From Chloropicon primus (lineage: Eukaryota): DNA of 64,000 nt. The notes beneath the pieces are model-generated. The model worked only from the letters and a program-made list of their open reading frames with translations. It did not search any database and had not been told where the DNA came from. The DNA lies in the NCBI GenBank assembly GCA_023205875.1, contig CP060759.1:992001-1056000 (forward strand), given 5' to 3'. Shown one piece after another: positions 23,441 to 29,941 of the stretch; positions within the stretch are counted from its first letter, which is position 1, and every line of letters begins with the position of its first letter. A program made the translations under genes and the position numbers.

Positions 23441-23746
23441 TCACCCAATTCTGTGGCGAAGGAAATCCACGCCCTTCCTCTCCGCGATCCTCTCGCCCTG
23501 GTGCAGGAGGACGTCCCCTGGGAGCCTGGCAGCGAACTTTTCCGCGTCCCTCCCCACGAGCTTTCCGTACGACTCCGGGGCCTGGGTGGGGAAGTGGGTG
23601 AAGTCGACCGCTGTCGAGTGCCCCGGCGTCGCGCGAACGAAATTCTGCTGCAACCCCCTCCGCCCCTCCACCGCCGGCGCGCACGCCGCAAGGACCATCC
23701 CAACCGCCAACACCGCCCAGCAGGACGAAATCCTTCCCTCGACCAT
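23441..23746 (-). CDS. Small secreted protein / possible peptide precursor (101 aa)
   Basis: ATG start, hydrophobic signal peptide (WAVLAVGMVLAACAPAVEG) followed by RRGLQQ, and host-like codon usage. Confidence 0.6.
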   Translation of the reverse strand: MVEGRISSCWAVLAVGMVLAACAPAVEGRRGLQQNFVRATPGHSTAVDFTHFPTQAPESYGKLVGRDAEKFAARLPGDVLLHQGERIAERKGVDFLRHRIG

Positions 23747-23946
23747 GTCAATTGCGCTGTACCAACCCTCTTTCGATGCCCTTTCCTCCTCTCTGTCTCT
23801 CTCTCTCTGCGTTCTCTCTGCTCTGCTTGAGGCGTCGCGTCAGTCATCCAAGATGAATCACGATTGGTCTCTCTCGTCGCACAAGCGGGGAGGGGAGGTT
23901 GTGTCAGCCACCGGTCTCCGAGAAAGAGAGAGAGAGGGGGGGGGGG

Positions 23947-25863
23947 ATGGGCCTCTCGGTGGGTGGAGCGTGGGCCCTTGGGGTGTGCCTTGCGGTGGTT
24001 GCTGTCGTCGTAACGCTCGTCCTGGTCGTCGTAACGCACAGAAGGAGGTTGATGGACTGGTTTGACAAGAGGTTCGTTTACCCTGGGGAACCGCCGGAGC
24101 CGGTCGGCTTCCTCAAGGGGAACTTCGCGCCCACGGCGGAAGAGGTGACCCTCGAGGACCTGGAGGTGACCCGAGGGAAGCTCCCGGACTCCCTGAACGG
24201 CGCGTACCTCCGGAACGGGCCGAATCCCTACTTCAAGCCGAACGGCAAGTACCACTGGTTTGACGGGGACGCGATGGTCCACGGCGTGAGGATCAAGGGC
24301 GGGAAGGCTTCGTACGCGAACAGGTACGTGGACACGGCCCGACTGAGCCAGGAGAAGGCGTACGGCCGGGCCGCCTTCGCGAAAATTGGGGAGCTCACGG
24401 GGAAGACTGGGCTCCTGGCGCTGCTCTCCGAGAGCCTCAAGGTCAAGCTGGGCCTGCTGGACAAGGGGAAGGGCAGCGGGTGCGCCAACACGAGCCTGGC
24501 GTTCCACGGGGACAAGCTCCTGGCGCTCTACGAGTCGGACTTGCCTTACGAGATCAAAGTCATGTGCACCGGGGCCATCGAGACGATCGGGAGGGCGACG
24601 ATCACCGCCGCTGAGATGAACGGGGGGAGGAAGGCGCCCAAGGGCTTCGACCAGTTCACCGCCCACCCGAAGAGGGACGAGAGGACGGGCGAGCTCCACT
24701 TCTTCGGGTACAACTTGAGGGAGGCCCCCCACCTGAACTACGGCGTCCTGGACAGGGCCGGGAACCTGGTCCGGTCGATTCCGATCGACCTGCCGCACGG
24801 CCCCGCGATGATGCACGACATGGCCCTGACGGAGACCTACGCCGTCTTCCTCTACATGCCGCTCTACTTCAGGCCCAAGGAGATGGTCGGGGGCGAGGGC
24901 TTCCCCTTCGTGTTCGACCCGGAGATGCCGAGCAAGTTCGCCCTGCTCCCGAGGTGCGCCGAGGACGCCTCGCAGATCCAGTGGTTCGACCTCCCGTCCG
25001 GGATGATCTTCCACACCTCGAACGCCTGGGACGATCAGGGCGACGGGAGGGTCCACCTCTACGCGTGCAGCACGTCCACGTACAAGGGAGTCGGGGACCT
25101 GATCTCGTCCAACAGCACAAGATCCCCAAGATCTTGGGAGCAGGGGGTAGAGCGGGATAGGACAGCAGCAAGGTTCCTGCCCGGGGCGCACGGCGGGCTG
25201 AACGTCAAGTCTCTTGGGGAGGAGGAGGAGGAGTCGAACGCACGAACGAACGAGTTGCTCACGGTCGACTTTGCGGTGAACTTCAAGAGCGGCAAGGACC
25301 TCCTCAACCTGAGCGGCAGCGACGAGGTGACCTCGTCCACGTCCCTGCTCCACTTCACCTTCGACCCGAGGACGGGGATCGCGACCCAGGCCAAGATCCT
25401 GGACCCCAAGGACTGCGGCAACGGCGACGCCTACCTGCTGGATTTCCCTACGATCAACCCGAGGTACCTGTCCAAGAGGCAAAAGTACGTGTACCTGGCG
25501 ACGTTCTGCGACGGAATGAAGACCAACGGCGTCGTCAAGTGCGACGTCCTTTGTGAGGACGGGGAGGATCGCGTGAGGGGGAGGATACACTTCGGCAGCG
25601 GGAGGTTCGGGGGCGAGTGCACCTTCGTGCCGCGGGACGGGGGGAAGGAGGAGGACGACGGGTACCTCACGACGTTCGTCTACGATGATGAGGAGGAAAA
25701 GAGCTTCCTGGTGGTGTACGACGCGAGGACCATGTCGGAGGTGGCGGAGGTGGACGTCGGGGTCAGGGTGCCTTACGGGTTCCACGGGCTCTGGGTGGAC
25801 GAGGGAGAGATGAGGAGGATAGGAGGAGGATTAGGATTAGGGGGGGGGGGAGGAGGAGATTGA
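23947..25863 (+). CDS. Carotenoid oxygenase (CCD/RPE65 family) with N-terminal TM anchor
   Basis: GNFAP, YLRNGPNP, HWFDGDAMVH, FTAHPKRD, MMHDMALT, IFHTSNAW, EDDGYL and PYGFHGLW; all four Fe-binding His present. Confidence 0.93.
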   Translation: MGLSVGGAWALGVCLAVVAVVVTLVLVVVTHRRRLMDWFDKRFVYPGEPPEPVGFLKGNFAPTAEEVTLEDLEVTRGKLPDSLNGAYLRNGPNPYFKPNGKYHWFDGDAMVHGVRIKGGKASYANRYVDTARLSQEKAYGRAAFAKIGELTGKTGLLALLSESLKVKLGLLDKGKGSGCANTSLAFHGDKLLALYESDLPYEIKVMCTGAIETIGRATITAAEMNGGRKAPKGFDQFTAHPKRDERTGELHFFGYNLREAPHLNYGVLDRAGNLVRSIPIDLPHGPAMMHDMALTETYAVFLYMPLYFRPKEMVGGEGFPFVFDPEMPSKFALLPRCAEDASQIQWFDLPSGMIFHTSNAWDDQGDGRVHLYACSTSTYKGVGDLISSNSTRSPRSWEQGVERDRTAARFLPGAHGGLNVKSLGEEEEESNARTNELLTVDFAVNFKSGKDLLNLSGSDEVTSSTSLLHFTFDPRTGIATQAKILDPKDCGNGDAYLLDFPTINPRYLSKRQKYVYLATFCDGMKTNGVVKCDVLCEDGEDRVRGRIHFGSGRFGGECTFVPRDGGKEEDDGYLTTFVYDDEEEKSFLVVYDARTMSEVAEVDVGVRVPYGFHGLWVDEGEMRRIGGGLGLGGGGGGD

Positions 25864-26248
25864 GGTGTGAGTGATGGACGAGTAATGATGTGTGTTGTAC
25901 AAGTAGATGTAGGTTTTAGTATAACAACCAACTAGAACGGCGAGAGTTTTTTGGCTAGATCCAGAGGAATGGACCACACATCCGGAAGGATGTTAGGTTT
26001 TAGGTTCAGGTCCACCAACAACTGATGCAAGACCCAAGGGTCCCCACCACAGCACGCTGCACAGCCCACACACGAGAGAGACAGATACTAAGAGAAGGTG
26101 GTGGTGAGTGGGTGGGTTGTGAGGGATGGATGGGGTTGAAGTAATAAAGTGTTGTACAAATACAATACAAGTTATATGTAGTACAAGAACAACAACAACA
26201 ACAACAACTCTTGGTTTGGTTTGGTTGGGTTGGGTTTGGGCATGAGGA

Positions 26249-26280
<32 letters not shown>

Positions 26281-26297
26281 CTTTTAGGGAGGGACTC

Positions 26298-26531
26298 TCA
26301 GTTCGGCTTCGCTTGCGACGCGGTGTCCTCCCCCGCCCGCGAAGGAGACGTCAGGAGGCGCCAGAGGTACACCCCGGAGAAGGCCTCCCACGCGAAGGCC
26401 CCCAAGCGCCCGAGCTTCGAGGCACGAAGGGATTTAGGAGGAGGCGTGGCGGCGGAAGTCGTCGTCGTGACCACGAACAACGCCGCGAGGGCCGAGAAGA
26501 GGACCAGGAGCGCGCGCAACGGGCACGCCAT
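26298..26531 (-). CDS. Small putative secreted protein (77 aa)
   Basis: MACPLRALLVLFSALAALFVV signal-like N-terminus and GC-rich codons, flanked by simple-repeat UTRs. Confidence 0.45.
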   Translation of the reverse strand: MACPLRALLVLFSALAALFVVTTTTSAATPPPKSLRASKLGRLGAFAWEAFSGVYLWRLLTSPSRAGEDTASQAKPN

Positions 26532-26538
26532 CCTGACA

Positions 26539-26570
<32 letters not shown>

Positions 26571-26668
26571 GTCAGGTCTGCTGTGCTGTGGTGTCCCACT
26601 CCGTAGCCAGATCAAACTACCGCCAAAATGCATGGTTACCCTACTCGCAGACAACCCAAAGCAGCCGT

Positions 26669-26710
26669 GTATAAAGGCCAAAATGTCACATTTGAACTAA
26701 CATCTATCAA
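26669..26710 (+). promoter_or_regulatory. Upstream TATA-like element and CAA triplet of the tRNA gene
   Basis: TATAAA ~40 nt upstream and CAA immediately before the tRNA 5' end, matching plant-type Pol III upstream elements. Confidence 0.5.
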
Positions 26711-26855
26711 CTCGCAATAGCTCAGCTGGAAGAGCATGGGACTGTAATGTGATTTCTACTCTCAGTATCTGAGAGAATCTGAACATGTTAATCGAGCCTG
26801 TCACAAGGTTCAAGCCGACATCCTGGGGTCGGGTGTTCGATTCACCCTTGCGAGA
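26711..26855 (+). tRNA. tRNA-Tyr(GTA) with 72-nt intron at 37/38 (26748-26819)
   Basis: Acceptor stem CTCGCAA/TTGCGAG with discriminator A (C1-G72, A73, eukaryotic Tyr identity). D arm GCTC-AGCTGGAA-GAGC. Anticodon GTA at 26744-26746. T arm GGGTG-TTCGATT-CACCC. C32 can pair with the antepenultimate intron G. Confidence 0.93.
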
Positions 26856-26967
26856 TGCAAACCGAGGAGGCGGCGAAACAACAGTCGCCTCTCCTCTTGC
26901 TCCGCGAGAGAAGGATTCGATGAGAGACGTTAATTGTACACAAGGATCACAACGAGATCGTAACGGC

Positions 26968-27008
26968 GGAGGACGGCGAGGAGGACGGCGAGGAGGACGG
27001 CGAGGAGG
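26968..27008. repeat. 12-bp tandem repeat (ggaggacggcga x3.4)
   Basis: Read directly from the sequence. Confidence 0.9.
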
Positions 27009-27402
27009 TGTGTGACCTGGCGGGAGCTGGAGAGAGAAAGAGAGCCGCCGTAACGCCAGAGCCGCGAACGAGGCGGCCGACGAGTGGGGACGAGAAGACC
27101 ACGACCAGAGAGAAAGCGATGAGTTACCTCCTGGAATACTTCGGCCGCTGGTTGCCGACGAAGAAGAGGAGACTGACGAATACTGGGACGTCATGTGAAG
27201 AAGGGGCTGGTGGCGCCACCCCGGCCGCGGTTCTCCAGGTGGGTGGCGCCCAAGGATGGCGGGTGGCACCCAAGGTTTGTGGTGCCCAATGTCTCTGTCT
27301 TCACCCACTTGCAGGGCAGCGGGCAGCCGTGCGGCAAGCCTGGACACCAACGCTTGCACAGTGGCCATGGCGACCTCCGCGGGACCTCATAGGGAGCGGG
27401 AG

Positions 27403-28284
27403 ATGGCCGCCATCGAGGAGAACGCGGATCCGACGACGCTTCTCAATGCGGATGGACTTCTTGCCTCTCTTCGCTTCGCAGACGAATTAGCTGGCGCGCC
27501 GCCCACCCTTGCACGCGAGGGTACACGGGCGGAGCGAACTCGCGAGCCTGAGGAGCTGACCCTGGTCCGCGTGGTCCGAGGCCGTGGCGGAGTCCACCTG
27601 GAGCGCGTTGCGGGCTTGAAAGAACTGACCCACTGCATCGTCTTCCTCCGCGAGTCCCTTGCGCGGGAGGGGCTTGGGAACAAGCTCGCTGGTCAGGCGG
27701 CCACGATCTCAAGCGCGTTGCTCGGCAAAGATCTTCCTAAACAGGTGAAAGCATTTCGTTTCGTGGAGCTTGGGACCGCCAGCCGCTCGCGATGCCTCAA
27801 GGACCGCAAAGTTCTTACGAAAGCTCTTGCCCTTGCGAAGGAGAAGGGCGAGCCTTGCGCGCTTCTTGTAGCTGCCTTGTCGCGATTGTCGAGACGGTCA
27901 CAAGCTGAAGAGGACCTCGACTACCTTGCTGAGCGCGCAGGGCAGGCCTCTATACTGGCGTGTATCCCGACGTCCCATGCAGCAGCTTTGATTGGGGAGG
28001 AAAAGAAAGAGGAGCTCAAAAAGTACATGAGCAAGGCTGCAAGCACCTCGGACGGGCACGCCGTGTACTCGGCGTCGCACTGCATGCTCAAGTCCGGCGC
28101 CACCCGTTGTTCTGTAGCATCGGGCCAACACACTTCTGAGGAACTTTGTCTCCTCGTCGAACACGTCGAGCACGTCCTGAGGCACAAGCTGGAGAATCTG
28201 GAGAAGCCGGGGGAGCAGAAGCACGGGAAACCCCTTCTCCTCGTATCTTCTTGGAAAGCGCTTTGTGGAGCAACGGGCGAGTGA
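27403..28284 (+). CDS. Serine recombinase (resolvase/IS607 TnpA-like) catalytic-domain protein, ORF1 (alternative ATGs at 27256 and 27367)
   Basis: CIVFLRES...LAGQ (YxRxS...Q motif, Ser at 27655-57), ELGTAS....DRKVLTKALALA (DxGxS...R motif) and ALLVAALSRLSR (V..LDRLsR motif), in the correct order and spacing. Confidence 0.7.
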   Translation: MAAIEENADPTTLLNADGLLASLRFADELAGAPPTLAREGTRAERTREPEELTLVRVVRGRGGVHLERVAGLKELTHCIVFLRESLAREGLGNKLAGQAATISSALLGKDLPKQVKAFRFVELGTASRSRCLKDRKVLTKALALAKEKGEPCALLVAALSRLSRRSQAEEDLDYLAERAGQASILACIPTSHAAALIGEEKKEELKKYMSKAASTSDGHAVYSASHCMLKSGATRCSVASGQHTSEELCLLVEHVEHVLRHKLENLEKPGEQKHGKPLLLVSSWKALCGATGE

Positions 28285-29551
28285 TCTCGTCCGCGCATGG
28301 AAGAACCAACCCACAGTTCGTGTGCTCGTCGCTGCTTGTTCCATCACGGAAGCGAACTACGACATCATTCTTCGCGAGGAGCACATGGAGTTCCTGGAGA
28401 CCTACAGGCAATACTGCCACGTTCACTCCGTGAGGGACGAGTTGTTTGAAAACCGTGATGGACACGGCTTGGATGAAGACGCATTGAGCAGAGTCTTTGA
28501 GTACTTTGCGGATGCACTAAAGGGAGAACATGTCGATGTCGTGTTTGAGAATGAATGTTTCCCAGAAACCGCGATCTCTGTGACTCAAAAAGATTTCTTC
28601 GAATGCCCCTGCGCTGGTAAATGCTCTCGCAAGTCGTCCAGGACAACAGGCACCGCGAACACCGCTCCAGCACATACTCGATGCATTTGTGGTTGTGACA
28701 TGTGCAAGAGGAGTCGTCCTTGCATTCTGGTGGACAGCGACGCCGAGGACGGCGGGGAGAGGGAGAGAGAGCTTCGCAAATTCGATGCCGCCGCATGTCC
28801 CTGTGGACCTTGCAGCAGCAGTCCCTTGAGCACTGGCACGAAAAGGAAGACACAGGCCAAGACCAACACGAAAGGGAAGAGGAAGACCAAAGAAAGGAAG
28901 CTGATGGAGGAGCTTCCTCAAGTTCCTACTACAGACGGTATGCAAGCCCTGCGCTGCATCTGCTGTGATGCTTTTCGTCGCCCTGAGTGCCCCTTGGTCA
29001 AAACAGGAGCTCTGACCCCGGTTCCTGGGGGGGAACGTGATCGAGGTGGGCACAATCCCACTTGCCTCCTCTCGAACTGGTGCTGGTACTGCCACCGCTT
29101 GATCACGAAAAGCGAATTCAGCCAGTGGTGCTCGTTCGGTTGCTTCTTGAAAGCCACGAAGTTCGTGGACAAGAAGGAGCTTTGGGACATGAGCAAGGAA
29201 ATTGGCATGACACAACTGAAGAACACGATTGGCTTCTGGTTTTGTGTTCCGTGTACAAAGAAACCTGAGTCCGAGAAAACCTTGATCCCAATCAAGAGTT
29301 CATATGGCTTCAAGTGCTGGAGATGCAAATATGGACATGGCAAAATCGGCAAGGGGTGCGAGGAGAACGCAGGAGGAGGCGGCGTGAACATGCAGCGCGC
29401 AAACATGCAGCGCGCAAAAATTGGTGAGAACAGAAAGGCCAAAGAGGTAGTGACCCCGCACCCAATGCTCGTCGACATGATGCTTGAGAACAATATGGAG
29501 GTGGATACGGAGCAAGCGAAACCAGGGGAGGAGTCGGAGGAGGAGATCTAA
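28265..29551 (+). CDS. Cys-rich (multiple CxC/CxxC) protein, ORF2; +1 frame relative to ORF1 and probably its continuation
   Basis: 428-codon ORF whose frame is open from 28181. First ATG lies ~40 codons in. Motifs CPCAGKC, CICGCDMC, CPCGPC, CICC, CWYC, WCSFGC, CVPC and CWRC, plus a Lys-rich NLS-like stretch. Confidence 0.65.
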   Translation: MEQRASDLVRAWKNQPTVRVLVAACSITEANYDIILREEHMEFLETYRQYCHVHSVRDELFENRDGHGLDEDALSRVFEYFADALKGEHVDVVFENECFPETAISVTQKDFFECPCAGKCSRKSSRTTGTANTAPAHTRCICGCDMCKRSRPCILVDSDAEDGGERERELRKFDAAACPCGPCSSSPLSTGTKRKTQAKTNTKGKRKTKERKLMEELPQVPTTDGMQALRCICCDAFRRPECPLVKTGALTPVPGGERDRGGHNPTCLLSNWCWYCHRLITKSEFSQWCSFGCFLKATKFVDKKELWDMSKEIGMTQLKNTIGFWFCVPCTKKPESEKTLIPIKSSYGFKCWRCKYGHGKIGKGCEENAGGGGVNMQRANMQRAKIGENRKAKEVVTPHPMLVDMMLENNMEVDTEQAKPGEESEEEI

Positions 29552-29555
29552 AACT

Positions 29556-29669
29556 CAGTGGGCTCGAAGCCAGGACCCGCCTTGCCGTTGGGACCCAATT
29601 GAATGCATGGTATGGGCGGAGAGCAGGAAAGACCAGCGCGTCATCGAATGGATCGATGCCAATTCTTAA
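29556..29669 (+). pseudogene. C-terminal remnant (or terminal exon) of an algal/giant-virus-type ankyrin-repeat gene
   Basis: Reads QWARSQDPPCRWDPIECMVWAESRKDQRVIEWIDANS*, resembling the W(A/L)RSQDPPCPW repeat-unit motif of that family (recalled, not searched). Confidence 0.6.
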
Positions 29670-29941
29670 CCAAGACAATGTCTCACGACGAACCTGTCAT
29701 CGACCTCGCTTCTGATTCCCCCTCCTCCTCCTCCTCCTCCTCCTCTCATCATTCTCATCATTCACACAGAGACCGAGAGACAGAGAGAGAGAAACCGAGA
29801 GACACAATGAATGTGTGATCCAACCCAAACCCAACCCAAACCCAAACCTCTTCCCTTCCTGATCCCCCTCTTCTCCCTCTCTTCTCTCCCTGGCCCTTCC
29901 TTCGCCGTTACAACAAAATCCCCCCCTCATAAAACCAAATC

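Larger units (their letters stand above)
26860..29555 (+). mobile_element. Putative serine-recombinase-encoding element (boundaries approximate)
   Basis: Recombinase-like ORF plus overlapping Cys-rich ORF, visibly more A/T-ending codons than the neighbouring genes, left-flank repeats, tRNA adjacency and a truncated ankyrin gene at the right edge. No TIR or TSD found. Confidence 0.45.

Noticed and set aside
28225..28231. GGGAAAC slippery heptamer as a -1 frameshift linking ORF1 to ORF2
   Set aside because: Wrong phase: ORF1 reads GGG AAA C, and ORF2 is +1 rather than -1 relative to ORF1.
28265..29551. ORF2 as a TnpB/Fanzor nuclease (the expected partner of IS607-like serine recombinases)
   Set aside because: I could not find the ordered RuvC-I (hhDxG), RuvC-II and RuvC-III (RDxNA) motifs; only a weak VVFE-like strand is present. 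An HMM or structure search would be decisive.
29552..29800. Duplicated tRNA 3' end (att-like repeat), TIRs or target-site duplication flanking the recombinase block
   Set aside because: No such repeat was found by eye, so element boundaries remain unproven.
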